DNA of 64,000 nt from a virus (taxonomy: Duplodnaviria; Caudoviricetes). The stretch covers positions 1 to 64,000 of the IMG/VR virus record IMGVR_UViG_3300014968_000012; one strand, given 5' to 3'. The translations under genes and the position numbers were made by a program. The notes beneath the pieces are model-generated. The model searched no databases. It was given only the letters and a program-made list of their open reading frames with translations, and was not told where the DNA came from. This document shows, piece after piece, positions 43,184 through 53,235 of this stretch (the stretch's first letter is position 1; each line of letters starts with the position of its first letter).

Positions 43184-44617
43184 GTGGGATACGACGGGTG
43201 GATGCAGTACAACGGCGTTGAGATCGTCAACTCCCAGCGGACCGCGACCTACGTCAAGAACTACGGCGTGGCCGCCGTCGCGTGCTCGGGGTGCAACGGC
43301 GCGACGTCCGGCGTCCGCTACAGCGACCCCGTCACCGACAACGCCCCGTGGCTGGACCCCGCCGTCCCCTGGTCGAAAGACTTCCTGGGGTTCTTCGGGA
43401 TCACCGTCGGCGGCGTGACCGTCGGCACCGGGAGCCGCACGCCCCTGGCGAAAGTCGGCGACGGTGCGGTGATGGGGCAACTGAGGCACGCCCACCGCGA
43501 GATCAATGCGCATGCGATGGGGTTTGCCCTGTCCGAACAGGGCATGTCGTGGGGTCAGACGTGGCTCTCGGGCATCCTCCAGGCCGGTTCTTCCATCCCC
43601 GCGTGCAACACCGCCTCGTGCAACGGCGTACCGGTCAACCTGTTGGCCTGGTGCCCGAACTGCGCGGATGACCCCGTGGCCTGCGCGGCGGCGAACCGGA
43701 CGCTGTTTCAGGGCGCGCTGATGCAGGGTCCTGACTTCACGAACAAAGTCCGGATCGGGATGGACTGCGGCCGCGGCCGGCCGTGGATGTGGGATTCCGA
43801 TTTCCTCATCGGCACGGGGAGGCCGTACGCGTTCCAGGACCCCATCACCGTGGCCACGCAAGCGCCCCTCATCGTCCCGACGGTGTGGCCGTGCGGCGGC
43901 TGGCAACAGCACACACCCGGGTCCGGGACATGCACGCTGCCCGACTGTTCCACCACCCTGTTCGGTCAGTGCATGGTGTGGACTCCGGTCAGTAACGCGG
44001 CGTGCAACGACCCGTGCGACGTCCTGGGCGGCGACTGCCTGTTGAACGACCCGCTGTGCCCGTCGCCGGTCGCGCCGGTCGCGCCGGTGGAGCCCAACGA
44101 CCCGTGCGTGTGCCTGGTGTCCATGTCCCCGGTCACCACCATGACCACCATCACCGCCGGCACGCTGCCCCGGACGGCGGCGTTCGTGCCGCTTCTCCAG
44201 GTCAACGCCGGTACCGTCCCGGCGGCCGGCGCGCCGGCGGCGTGTGACCTGCGGCGCATCCTGTTGCGGTTCTATCGGGCCAGCGCCGGCGAGGTGTGCA
44301 CGTACGCGAACCTGTCCACCTGCGACGTCGCCGGGGAGATCGGGATCCCGTACCTGCCCAAGGGCTCGGTCCTGACCATCGACGGCCGGCAACAGACGGC
44401 CACGGTGGTGTGCGCCGACGGCCGGGTGGAGACGCCCGTCCTGTTCACCTCGGACGGCCCGATGGCCCAGTGGCCGGTCCTGGGGTGCTCGGACGCCTGG
44501 TGCGTGGCGGTGACCATCGACGGCGGCGGCCAGGGCGGCGGCGTGCCGGGCACGTGCGGCACGAACGCCGACTCGTGGGTGTCGGTGTCGGTGGCGATCC
44601 GGGACGACGTGTGGTGA
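43184..44617 (+). CDS. Minor tail protein (distal-tail-like), Cys-rich
   Basis: GW....G.EI.N..RT..Y, APW.DP..P.S..F.G, PY.P....L.IDG motifs. Follows the tape measure. Confidence 0.75.
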   Translation: MGYDGWMQYNGVEIVNSQRTATYVKNYGVAAVACSGCNGATSGVRYSDPVTDNAPWLDPAVPWSKDFLGFFGITVGGVTVGTGSRTPLAKVGDGAVMGQLRHAHREINAHAMGFALSEQGMSWGQTWLSGILQAGSSIPACNTASCNGVPVNLLAWCPNCADDPVACAAANRTLFQGALMQGPDFTNKVRIGMDCGRGRPWMWDSDFLIGTGRPYAFQDPITVATQAPLIVPTVWPCGGWQQHTPGSGTCTLPDCSTTLFGQCMVWTPVSNAACNDPCDVLGGDCLLNDPLCPSPVAPVAPVEPNDPCVCLVSMSPVTTMTTITAGTLPRTAAFVPLLQVNAGTVPAAGAPAACDLRRILLRFYRASAGEVCTYANLSTCDVAGEIGIPYLPKGSVLTIDGRQQTATVVCADGRVETPVLFTSDGPMAQWPVLGCSDAWCVAVTIDGGGQGGGVPGTCGTNADSWVSVSVAIRDDVW

Positions 44618-44627
44618 GGACGAGGCC

Positions 44628-45761
44628 ATGACCACTACCAATCCCGGGGTGCTGGGATGCCCGAGCACCTATACATGTTTCGTGTACTACCGCGGCGGCC
44701 GCGGCCGCCCGGTCGGGGTGCTGGACAACACGACGTTGATCACGTGGGACCGCAAGCTGAACAACACCGGCGAGGCGGCCGTGACGATCGCCGCCGGCCA
44801 GGCTTCCTACGGGTGCTGTTCCCTGATGAACACGCTCGCGCAGGACGAGGCGGTCCGGGCGTACGAGCTCCATATCTACCGCGACCGGTCCCGGGTGTGG
44901 TGCGGGCCGATCACGCAGGTATCCGAGACGCGCGGCCCGACGAACGCGGTGTTCAACGTGGCGGCGCGCGACGTCCTGGCGTACGTGGACGACTACGGCC
45001 ATTGGCTGTCCGTCGGGTACAACCTGTCCGGGGACCTCGTCACCATCGCGACGTCCATCCTGGGCGTGGATCTGCTCACCGACGACCCGAACATGTCGTC
45101 CCACATCGTCGCCACGCCGTCGGGGATCACGGCGACGCAGGCCGCCGCATCGGAGTCGGGCAGCGTGCTGGGCGAGATCAACAAACTGGTGTCGCTGGGC
45201 CTGCGGTACACCACGTCGAATCGGGCTATCTACCTGGGCGGGTTGCTCGGGAACGCGTTCGGCGCGCCCATCCGTCTGAGCGTGGATGACATCGCCGGCG
45301 ATGTCACGATCTTGCACGACGGGACGGTGTTCGCCAACACGATCTTTGGCGGCTCGGGGACGGCGTCGGCCCAGACGCCCAACGGGGCCGTGCCACCGCC
45401 GGACCCGCAGTTGATCACGCTGGGCGGCCCTGAGCCGGGTTGGCGCGGCCGCGTGGAACACGGCGTGTCGGCCACCGCCGGCACCGGCGGCACCACCGGC
45501 CAGTCCGCCGTCCTGGCGGCCGCGCAAGCGGCGTACTTCACCGGGCGGCGGCCGCGGCTGGTGCGCGTCGCGGACGGCTCTGTGGTGTCGCCGAACGCGT
45601 CCGTCACCGTGCCTCAGCTCATCCCGGGGACCCTGGTGAAGGTGGCCGGCGCCGACCGGTTCTGTACGTGGGTCGCGCAAGACCTCCAGCTTGTGAGGGT
45701 GACGGGATCTTTCGACAGCACCGGCGAGAAAATCGGCGTGAGTCTAGGACCGGTGGGCTGA
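44628..45761 (+). CDS. Minor tail (baseplate hub) protein
   Basis: .W.R.L......., EL.IYR....VW.GPI, LIPG..V motifs. Confidence 0.75.
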   Translation: MTTTNPGVLGCPSTYTCFVYYRGGRGRPVGVLDNTTLITWDRKLNNTGEAAVTIAAGQASYGCCSLMNTLAQDEAVRAYELHIYRDRSRVWCGPITQVSETRGPTNAVFNVAARDVLAYVDDYGHWLSVGYNLSGDLVTIATSILGVDLLTDDPNMSSHIVATPSGITATQAAASESGSVLGEINKLVSLGLRYTTSNRAIYLGGLLGNAFGAPIRLSVDDIAGDVTILHDGTVFANTIFGGSGTASAQTPNGAVPPPDPQLITLGGPEPGWRGRVEHGVSATAGTGGTTGQSAVLAAAQAAYFTGRRPRLVRVADGSVVSPNASVTVPQLIPGTLVKVAGADRFCTWVAQDLQLVRVTGSFDSTGEKIGVSLGPVG

Positions 45762-46012
45762 TGAGCGGCTACGCGAACGGCGGCTATCCGCTGGGGATGC
45801 CGGATTACCAGTTCGTAGACGACGAGACGGTGTTGGGCCAGCGGTTCAGCACCCTGGAGCGGGCCACGTTCGGATCGCCGCCGAAGCGGCCGGCCGTCGG
45901 GGACTGGGCGCTGGACATGGACGCGAACGGCGTCCTGGTGGCGGTCAACCTGCGTACGTCCATGTCGTACCCGATCACGCTCGGGACGGGGACCGCGATC
46001 CCGCCGTCATAG
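45761..46012 (+). CDS. Small minor tail protein
   Basis: Overlapping stop/start. R...LER..., .GDW.L..D..G.L.A motif. Confidence 0.6.
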   Translation: MSGYANGGYPLGMPDYQFVDDETVLGQRFSTLERATFGSPPKRPAVGDWALDMDANGVLVAVNLRTSMSYPITLGTGTAIPPS

Positions 46013-46059
46013 CACGTCCAATCGCATGAAATCTGAACATCCCGGGCTAGCCTGGTCGG

Positions 46060-46677
46060 GTGGCGAACGCTTGCGTCGGATACGGGTTCGTGATCAACGG
46101 GGACGGCTCCCTGGGGCTTGCCGGCCCGCGCTCGGGGTCCTGGCCGTACGGCTCCAGCGGCGCATGCGCCGTCGGGAGCGCGAACGGCCTGCGGGTGGAC
46201 ACCACGACCGGGAACCTGTGGGTGGAGCCGCCGGATATCCGGACCTCGTCCCAGCTTTCCTTCACCGGCTCGTCCGCGACGTCGTCAACGTCCTGGCAAG
46301 ACTTCGGGTTCGCCTCGCAGAACTTCACGAACGCCGACACGTGCCGGCCGGCGATCCTGTACGGCGAAGCGCTGATCACGTGGACCGTGAGCACCATCCC
46401 GGCCGGCTCGGGGATCTCGATCGCCGCCGACGTCTACACCACCACGCCCGGGTCTCCGGGCACGCAGACGCTTCGGTACTACCAACCGAACATGACCGGC
46501 GTCGGGACCGCTGATATCAACACGCTAACGATCCCGTTCCTGATCACCGTCGCCGCCGGTGCGACGCAAACCGTGTGGATGTCAGCGGCTCACAAGCTGG
46601 ACTCCGGGACGGCCGGCTTCAGTACGCCGTCCCTGCGCTGGACCGCTGAGGTTCTGACCTCCCGGGCATCCTGGTGA
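46060..46677 (+). CDS. Tail-tip protein, paralog 1 of 4
   Basis: C...F....G.L.L.G....WP.G....NGL..D...G.W..P N-terminal motif. Confidence 0.65.
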   Translation: MANACVGYGFVINGDGSLGLAGPRSGSWPYGSSGACAVGSANGLRVDTTTGNLWVEPPDIRTSSQLSFTGSSATSSTSWQDFGFASQNFTNADTCRPAILYGEALITWTVSTIPAGSGISIAADVYTTTPGSPGTQTLRYYQPNMTGVGTADINTLTIPFLITVAAGATQTVWMSAAHKLDSGTAGFSTPSLRWTAEVLTSRASW

Positions 46678-48020
46678 GCCCGGGCGCGGGGTGCTGGGCA
46701 CCCGGGATCGCGTGGGACTCCGAGAACGCCGCGGCGTTCGTCGGGCCCCGTCACGGCGCGTGGCCGTACGGCGCCTGTCCCATCGCGTCGAACAACGGCC
46801 TGGTCCTGGACACCGCGGCGAACCTGGTCATGACCGATCCCCCGATCGGTATGTATACCTATGAACAGCACTGGAACCAGGCTCAGTCCGGGTCGCTCCC
46901 GGCGAACAGCCTGGTTCAAAACCCGAACTTCGTCAGCCTGACCGTCAACAGCGGTCAACTCCCCACCCTGACCGTCCCCACCCCGACGTGCGGGACGCCG
47001 ATCGTCCGGGACCGGGCACTGATCACGTTGGACATGTGGGTGGGGTCCCGTTCCAACATCCAAATCCTGTTGCCGGCCGGCGTGGCGGGCGGGGCGAACT
47101 ATGAGGCTGAGGTGGAAAACGGGGTTCTCGCCCCGTCGCCGTCCATCGGCACGGTGGGCAACGTCGGGTCGCTCGGCGGCTCGGGGACCGTCCAAAACTG
47201 TTCCTGGTCCGACGAGCCGTACGGGGTGTCGTCACTGGACCAGACAGGCGCCCCCAACGGCCTGTTGGGCTCGGTCGCCATGTCCTACACGGCATCGCCG
47301 GTGGCGTCGGTGTACCACGTCGGCGGCCCGTCGATCGACTCCGGTCAGCCGTACACGATGGCCGTGTGGGTCAAGCCGATCTCCTATCCGGCGTCCGGCA
47401 ACTGGCACCAGTTCGTCTTCATGTCCGGGACGAACACCCCGCTGATCTACGGTCAGATTTCCTCGTCCGGGGGCCTGCGGTACCTGCGCGCGGCCGCCGA
47501 CTCCGGGGCGACGACGTACGACGGCTGGGACGACTCGGCGACGGCGAACCTCATCCCGCTGAACGTGTGGTCCCTGGTCCTGCTGTACTGCGACGGGACG
47601 AACGTCAGTTACCAGGTGTACCCGGCCGGCGGGACCATGTCGTCCCGGCCGAACAAGGCGATCACGATCGGGACGTACGCCGGAACCCATAACTGGGGCA
47701 TCGGTGGACTCGGTACCCAACCGTCCGTGAACGGCTACGTGTCGAACCCGATTCTGTTCACACGGGTGCTGACCGCCTCTGAGGTCACTCAGATCATGGC
47801 GACGCCGTACACGATCCCGGGCCTGTCCTCCATCCACTTCCGGTTGAACGACGCCGTCAAGCGCCGGCGGGCGGTCCGGACGTGGACGCGGCCGTACGCG
47901 AACTCAAGCCTGACGCGGCAACTCTTGGTGAAGCTCTTCAGCGGCGGCGCGAACGCGACCGTGATCAATTCGTGGTCCATCAATCTCCAGGGACTCGCGT
48001 TGTCCCCGAACGTCGGATAG
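46674..48020 (+). CDS. Tail-tip protein, paralog 2 of 4, with a LamG/concanavalin-like insert
   Basis: Same N-motif. YT..VWVK, N.WS.V...DG...Y, G....P.LF.R.LT..E (LamG). Confidence 0.7.
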   Translation: MSPGAGCWAPGIAWDSENAAAFVGPRHGAWPYGACPIASNNGLVLDTAANLVMTDPPIGMYTYEQHWNQAQSGSLPANSLVQNPNFVSLTVNSGQLPTLTVPTPTCGTPIVRDRALITLDMWVGSRSNIQILLPAGVAGGANYEAEVENGVLAPSPSIGTVGNVGSLGGSGTVQNCSWSDEPYGVSSLDQTGAPNGLLGSVAMSYTASPVASVYHVGGPSIDSGQPYTMAVWVKPISYPASGNWHQFVFMSGTNTPLIYGQISSSGGLRYLRAAADSGATTYDGWDDSATANLIPLNVWSLVLLYCDGTNVSYQVYPAGGTMSSRPNKAITIGTYAGTHNWGIGGLGTQPSVNGYVSNPILFTRVLTASEVTQIMATPYTIPGLSSIHFRLNDAVKRRRAVRTWTRPYANSSLTRQLLVKLFSGGANATVINSWSINLQGLALSPNVG

Positions 48021-48033
48021 GGGGCGGGGCGCG

Positions 48034-48669
48034 ATGCCGAACCTTGAGGTGTGCACCGATCCCGCGTTCACCAGCGGGAGTCTCGGGGAACTGAAGCTCG
48101 CTGGCGTCGGGTCGGACGCGTGGCCGCTGGGCGGTTCGATCAGCGCGGAAAACGGCCTGAACGTGGACGCGACCAAGGGCGTGTGGACCGCGCCGCACGG
48201 GTGCTATTCGCAGTATCAGAAATTCGTCGTGAGCGGCACGAACTCCCCGCTGGACAGCACGCACACGAGCATCGTGCTTCCGGTCGGGAACTTCACGTTC
48301 ACGAACCCCTCACCGGTCCAACAGGGCCGGCTGTTCGCGTTCACGCAACTGCGGATGGACTTCACCCTGGCCGCGGCGACGCTGATCCAGATGACCGGCA
48401 TGGGCAACATCCTGGGCCAGGCCACGCCGCTTCCCACGGCGCCGACGGTGCCCGTGGGGAACCCGACGGCGAGCACGCAGAGCGTGTCGGGGACGGTCCA
48501 GGGGAACAGCGAAATCCTGTTGGCCGGCGGGGCGACGGCGACGTATGGGCGGTTCGGCCAGGCGAGCTTCCTCGGGGGCGGCGCCGGAAGTCTCTTGGTC
48601 AACTGGTCGTTTGACATCCTCTTCGTGTTGATCTTGCTGGACCCGACGCAGGCGGGAGGCGTCTCCTGA
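48034..48669 (+). CDS. Tail-tip protein, paralog 3 of 4
   Basis: Same N-motif, beta-rich. Confidence 0.65.
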   Translation: MPNLEVCTDPAFTSGSLGELKLAGVGSDAWPLGGSISAENGLNVDATKGVWTAPHGCYSQYQKFVVSGTNSPLDSTHTSIVLPVGNFTFTNPSPVQQGRLFAFTQLRMDFTLAAATLIQMTGMGNILGQATPLPTAPTVPVGNPTASTQSVSGTVQGNSEILLAGGATATYGRFGQASFLGGGAGSLLVNWSFDILFVLILLDPTQAGGVS

Positions 48670-49322
48670 TGGTCAACATTCTGGTGTGCACGGGGTCGGC
48701 GTTCGGGGTCGGGCCGCTGGGCGAACTGGAGCCGGCGAACGTCCGCGCGCAGGCGTGGCCGTGGTCGTCGGCGCCGGCGACGGCCGCCACGCAGATGCAG
48801 ACGGCCAACGGCCTGCGGTACGACGAGAGCACCGCCACGCCCGGCGGCGGCCTGTGGGTCGCGCAGGTGTGCCCGTCGCAGGTGTCGAACTCCCAAACCG
48901 GCACGCCGGCGCTGAGCCTCCCGGCGAGCTCGGTCCAGGCCGAAGCGACCCTGGCGAACGTCGCGTTCACGAACCCCTCGTCCCTGCAAACGATGCTGGT
49001 TCAGGCGACGGCGACGTGGCGGGCGGTCCTGGCGGCCGGCCAACAGGCGACCGAGCTTTGGGCCGGGATGACGATCGGCGGGACGTCCTACTTCCCGTGG
49101 TCCATCGTCACGTCCGACGGGGGCGCCGTGTTGGCCGCGACGCCGAAGACGTACAACGCCTCGTTGCCGTTCGTCTTCACGGTGCCGCCCGGGTCCACGG
49201 TCCAGATGACGCCGCGACTGGGCGTGCACAACCTTTCGACCACGACGGCGATCACGTGGACCTCGTGGGCGTGGTCGGTCGCGGCGACGGCGATCCTTGC
49301 CGACCCCGTCACGGCCGGCTGA
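48669..49322 (+). CDS. Tail-tip protein, paralog 4 of 4
   Basis: Same N-motif, beta-rich. Confidence 0.65.
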   Translation: MVNILVCTGSAFGVGPLGELEPANVRAQAWPWSSAPATAATQMQTANGLRYDESTATPGGGLWVAQVCPSQVSNSQTGTPALSLPASSVQAEATLANVAFTNPSSLQTMLVQATATWRAVLAAGQQATELWAGMTIGGTSYFPWSIVTSDGGAVLAATPKTYNASLPFVFTVPPGSTVQMTPRLGVHNLSTTTAITWTSWAWSVAATAILADPVTAG

Positions 49323-49427
49323 GGACGCGGTCCGACCATCGGACGGCCGCCGTCCGCAGCGGGCCGCCAGTGGGCGTCCGTGGCGCCGTACGCCTCGTCG
49401 CACCGGGGCGCCCGGGGGCGCGGATTC

Positions 49428-49450
49428 GGTGACAGGCCCGACCTGTCACC
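49428..49450. repeat. Palindrome copy 5
   Basis: GGTGACAGG cccga CCTGTCACC. Confidence 0.85.
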
Positions 49451-49894
49451 GGTGCGGCGACGGTTAAGCGCAGGTCAGCGGGTGGTCCGCCCGGACGGCG
49501 ACGCGGTCCGTCCACGGACGGCGACCGGACGGCCGACGCCGGCGGGGTCCGGTCGGGCCGCCGCGGCGCCGGGTCCGGCGGGGACGGCACGCCCGACACG
49601 CGTAGCGGCCACTGCGTCGCAGACGTAGCGGACGCTACGGGCGTCCGTGGGCCGGTCCCGGGACCAGCAATGCCGGGCGCCCTACGAACCGCCGCCGGCG
49701 CCCCCTGGCCGACCGTCCGCGCCGAACGCTCGGCGCCCCGCCGCGGGCGGTCCGACGCCGGCGCCGCGCCGTCCACGGCCCGGGCCCGGCGCTCGCCGAC
49801 GGGCCACCCGGACGCCGTCGGCCACGGCCGCCGCTACGGCCCGCGCAGGGGCGCCCGTGGCCGCCGAGCCGCGGCCACCCCTGGTCATCGATCG

Positions 49895-49917
49895 GGTGAC
49901 AGGCGCGCCCTGTCACT
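49895..49917. repeat. Palindrome copy 6, abutting a -35 box
   Basis: GGTGACAGG cgcgc CCTGTCACT. Confidence 0.85.
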
Positions 49918-49946
49918 TGTTAAGTACACAACAAGTGCGCTACGGT
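49917..49946 (+). promoter_or_regulatory. Sigma70-type promoter for a leaderless gene
   Basis: TTGTTA-N18-TACGGT, with ATG 6 nt after the -10 box. Confidence 0.6.
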
Positions 49947-49952
49947 GGCCCC

Positions 49953-50297
49953 ATGAGCACCAGAGGAACCCTCTCCCTCGTCCACAACGCGGGCCACACC
50001 ACCCCGGCCCCGGCGGCGACGTCGGCCCCGGCCGCGACGGAACCCGACGAGACGGACGCGCCCGGACTCCAGACCACCGACGGCCCGACCCCGCTCAAGA
50101 CGCGGTCCATCACGGCGGACACGGTCACCTTCCGCGACGCCGAGAACACGGTGAAGCGGATCGCTTCCCGGGCCGGGCTGAAGCGCTGGACCGTCTGGGC
50201 GGCCATGCTCCGGTTCGCCATGAAGAACGAGGAAGGCGTCCTGGCCGAACTCGCCGAGATCATGACCGCGCCCAACGCGAACTCGCAATCCGCCTGA
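49953..50297 (+). CDS. Putative small DNA-binding protein (possible ribbon-helix-helix C-terminus)
   Basis: Disordered N-terminus, then RSITAD...F...VKRIA......VW.AMLRFA pattern. Confidence 0.5.
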   Translation: MSTRGTLSLVHNAGHTTPAPAATSAPAATEPDETDAPGLQTTDGPTPLKTRSITADTVTFRDAENTVKRIASRAGLKRWTVWAAMLRFAMKNEEGVLAELAEIMTAPNANSQSA

Positions 50298-50356
50298 CAC
50301 GCACCACCGCCCCATCCAAGCCGCCAAGATCAGCAAGTCTGAGGAGACCAGAAGAG

Positions 50357-50893
50357 ATGACCGTCCAGCCCCTCGCCGCCGCCGTCACGCCGGCCGCCCC
50401 CGGCGCCGACGCGTGGATCCCGGCCCCGGCCCCGGCCGCCGACAACACCGCCACGGCGGACAAGCCCAAGGGCAAGCGCCGGAAGAAGACCGGTGAGGAC
50501 GTCACGGCGGACATGCTGCCCCGCATGCTCCGTTCGCTGCGTCAGTCCTGGACCGACAACCCCGAGCTGATGGCCTACTACCCGGAGTTGCTGCGCATTC
50601 TCCAGGAGTCGCGTCAGGTGGCCGTGGCCAACACCCTGGAGGGTCGCCGCCAGGACGTGTCCGACGTCCACGCCTGGTCCGCCCGGGACCTGGGCGAGGC
50701 GCTGGGCATCACGCGTCAGTCCGCGCTTGAGCTCGCGACCAAGGGCCGCGCGGTCCTGGCCGAAGAGGCGGGGTACACGAACGTGTCCCGGTTCACCGCC
50801 GCCTACCGCGAGCGGATCAAGACGGCCGGCGTCCGGGCGAAGGTGGTGGAACTGCGCGAGCGGTTCGGCCAGCGCACCGGCACGGACGGCTGA
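50357..50893 (+). CDS. HTH DNA-binding protein
   Basis: WSARDLGEALGITRQSA helix-turn-helix. GAGGAG RBS. Confidence 0.75.
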   Translation: MTVQPLAAAVTPAAPGADAWIPAPAPAADNTATADKPKGKRRKKTGEDVTADMLPRMLRSLRQSWTDNPELMAYYPELLRILQESRQVAVANTLEGRRQDVSDVHAWSARDLGEALGITRQSALELATKGRAVLAEEAGYTNVSRFTAAYRERIKTAGVRAKVVELRERFGQRTGTDG

Positions 50894-50926
50894 GGCGTAG
50901 CGGCGACTACGCCGCCCCGAGCATGA

Positions 50927-50966
50927 CCAAGGGCCCGGAACCCCCCGCAGGGATCCGGGCCCTTGG
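50927..50966. terminator. Bidirectional terminator hairpin
   Basis: CCAAGGGCCCGGA / TCCGGGCCCTTGG between convergent genes. Confidence 0.7.
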
Positions 50967-51006
50967 TGTTGCACGGGAATCGGTCCCGAGCGGCGCACGC
51001 TCCAGA

Positions 51007-51591
51007 CTACGGCGCGCCGGCCTCGTCGCCGGCGTCCGTCGGCGCCGGGCACGCGGCGTGTCGGTAGAACGTCGGCGCGCCGGTGGTCACGTGCCGGGAG
51101 ACCACGAAGATGCGGCCCTGCGACACGGCCCGGGCCAGGAACACGTTCAGCACGCTGACGCTCGCGGCCGTCACGATCGGCCGTTCACACACGGTACAGA
51201 TCACCTTCACGCCGCCGCTGGCCGCCGCCGCCACCGTGTCCGGCTTCGGCGACACGGCATCGCGCAAGCGTTGCGCGTCCCGGGCCAGCGTAGAGGCGGC
51301 GCCCTTGACGTCCCGGCAAATCGCGCCCACGCGCTCGTCACAGTCGGGGCCGGCGGCGATGGCGTCGGCCACGTTGGACAGCATGGAGCCCACCGCGGCG
51401 GCGGTCCACATGAGGTCCGCCACGAGCGCGGCGGGGAGCTGGGCGCCGGAAGCCTGGAGCATTGCCGGTTGGAGCCGGGCGCGGGCGGCCTCCACCGGCC
51501 CGATCATCTCGGTGACGAGTGCGGCCGTGGTCTCGGCAGTCTGGGCGGCGATGAATCCGAGCGGTGGCGGCGTGGCGTTTGGTTCGGTCAC
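51007..51591 (-). CDS. Helical protein with C-terminal CxxC...H..C motif
   Basis: GAGGGAA RBS. CTVC and HAAC motifs. Confidence 0.6.
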   Translation of the reverse strand: MTEPNATPPPLGFIAAQTAETTAALVTEMIGPVEAARARLQPAMLQASGAQLPAALVADLMWTAAAVGSMLSNVADAIAAGPDCDERVGAICRDVKGAASTLARDAQRLRDAVSPKPDTVAAAASGGVKVICTVCERPIVTAASVSVLNVFLARAVSQGRIFVVSRHVTTGAPTFYRHAACPAPTDAGDEAGAP

Positions 51592-51663
51592 AGCGAGGTT
51601 CCCTCCATCGGGGGCTGACGGGGGCGGCCCCCGCGCGGGGTGCGCGGGGGCCGGTGAAGCTTG

Positions 51664-53235
51664 TCAGAACGTGGCGCCGGCGGCGGCTTCGGCGGCAATC
51701 GCCGCCTGTCCGCAGCGCAGGCAGACGCGCTCATTGTCTATGAGGTACGTCACCTCGCGCGGGTTGATCTCGTCGCCGCAGGCCGGGCACGGCCCCGTGG
51801 GGTCCGGCTCGGGGCTCGGGCCGGGCCGCGTGTCGGCGTTGCCCTGGATGTGCCAGGGCTCTTCCATGGAGTCCGGCTCGGCGGCGTCGTCCGGCGGCTC
51901 TTCGGCCCACTCGTCGCCGCGGCGCTCGTTGTCGCCGAGATCGTCCGCCGCCGCGCCGGCGTCCCCGGCGGGGATGTCCAGCCGCATGGTGTCCGACACC
52001 AGCGGGACGTTCGCCGTCGGGTCGCTGGCGGCCGCCGAGTCCGGCGCCGCCGGCACGCTCGGCGCGGCCTGGTGGCCGGCGTCGGCCGGAGCGGCGTCGG
52101 CGCTCGGGGCGGCGGGAGCCGGGACAAGCGCTTGCAGCGCCTTGCCGAGCGTTGCGCGCGCGTCGGGGATGAATACGTGGATCAGGTTGCCGCGCTGGTG
52201 GTACCGGGCGCCCCGCCAGATGTGGCGAAGCGCTTCCGGGTCGTCGGCGACCAGGCGGGCCGCGTCGTACGCCTGGATCGCGGCGTCCGTCATGTCGAAG
52301 ACCTGGGCGGCGGCCTCGTCGGCGGCGGTGTGCGGGTCGGGGAGGATGACCCCGGACTGGATCAGTTCCTCCGCGATGTAGAGGCCTGCGAACTTGTCCG
52401 GGTAGGCCTTCCGCAGCGCGAGCGCTTCGGCGCACTTGGCGATCATGTGGTCAGGCATCGTCGCGGCCAGCGCTTTGGGGTTCGGGTAGAACGAGGCGAA
52501 CCGGGCCACGCCCCACACCGGCGCCCGGAAGCCCCGGTGAAGCACGCCGACGCGGGCGGCGTGCGGGTTGCCGTCGCCGAGCCACACGTCCATCCACTGA
52601 CCGTTGCGGCCGCACCACAGCGGTTCCGTCTGCCCCTCGTACGTGCCCTGACGTGAGGCCACGAGGCGGAACCCGTCGATATAGGTCGCCACTTTGTAGA
52701 CCGGGACCGAGCGCTGGACGTCGCGCATCACGTCGCCGATGAGTTCTTTCGTCGTCGTGTTCCGGTTGTCGGAGCGCAGATAGATCGCGTTGTCGAACGG
52801 GCTCAGGTCGGTACGCCGCCAGACGCGGAACAACAGCCGGCGGGCCGCCCGGTGCTCGGGGACGCCCATCGCGTCAAGTTCCTCGTGTTCCTCGTCGGTG
52901 AAGTCCGACCGGTTGGCCAGGCCGTCGAAGTCCGGCCGCAGGAACGCCGGCGCGGTCCGGCGCTCGCCGGCGTCCGGGGCCGGCGCCGCCGGCGCGGCGG
53001 GGGCCTCGTCGGCGGTGGACTCGGCGGCCGGCGTCGCCGGCGTGGCGTCCGGGGCCGGCTCGGCGGCGGCCGCGTTCTTCACGGCGCTGGCGCGGGGGCG
53101 GCGCGGCCTGGTCGGCTTGGGCGTCTCGCCGACGGCCTGACCGTCGGCGGTGGGGGCCGTCGGATTGGCGTCGTTACCTGCCGTTTTGGTCTTGGCCGTC
53201 TTGGCGGTGCTCTTGCTCTCGGGTACCGTGGTCAT
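51664..53235 (-). CDS. bet: Bet/RecT-family single-strand annealing protein with long low-complexity flanks
   Basis: RT.L.PF...IY, IDGFR..A.R.G.Y.G, P.AA.VGV...GF, MP..M.AKCAEA.ALRKA.P....GLY..EE motifs. Confidence 0.85.
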   Translation of the reverse strand: MTTVPESKSTAKTAKTKTAGNDANPTAPTADGQAVGETPKPTRPRRPRASAVKNAAAAEPAPDATPATPAAESTADEAPAAPAAPAPDAGERRTAPAFLRPDFDGLANRSDFTDEEHEELDAMGVPEHRAARRLLFRVWRRTDLSPFDNAIYLRSDNRNTTTKELIGDVMRDVQRSVPVYKVATYIDGFRLVASRQGTYEGQTEPLWCGRNGQWMDVWLGDGNPHAARVGVLHRGFRAPVWGVARFASFYPNPKALAATMPDHMIAKCAEALALRKAYPDKFAGLYIAEELIQSGVILPDPHTAADEAAAQVFDMTDAAIQAYDAARLVADDPEALRHIWRGARYHQRGNLIHVFIPDARATLGKALQALVPAPAAPSADAAPADAGHQAAPSVPAAPDSAAASDPTANVPLVSDTMRLDIPAGDAGAAADDLGDNERRGDEWAEEPPDDAAEPDSMEEPWHIQGNADTRPGPSPEPDPTGPCPACGDEINPREVTYLIDNERVCLRCGQAAIAAEAAAGATF

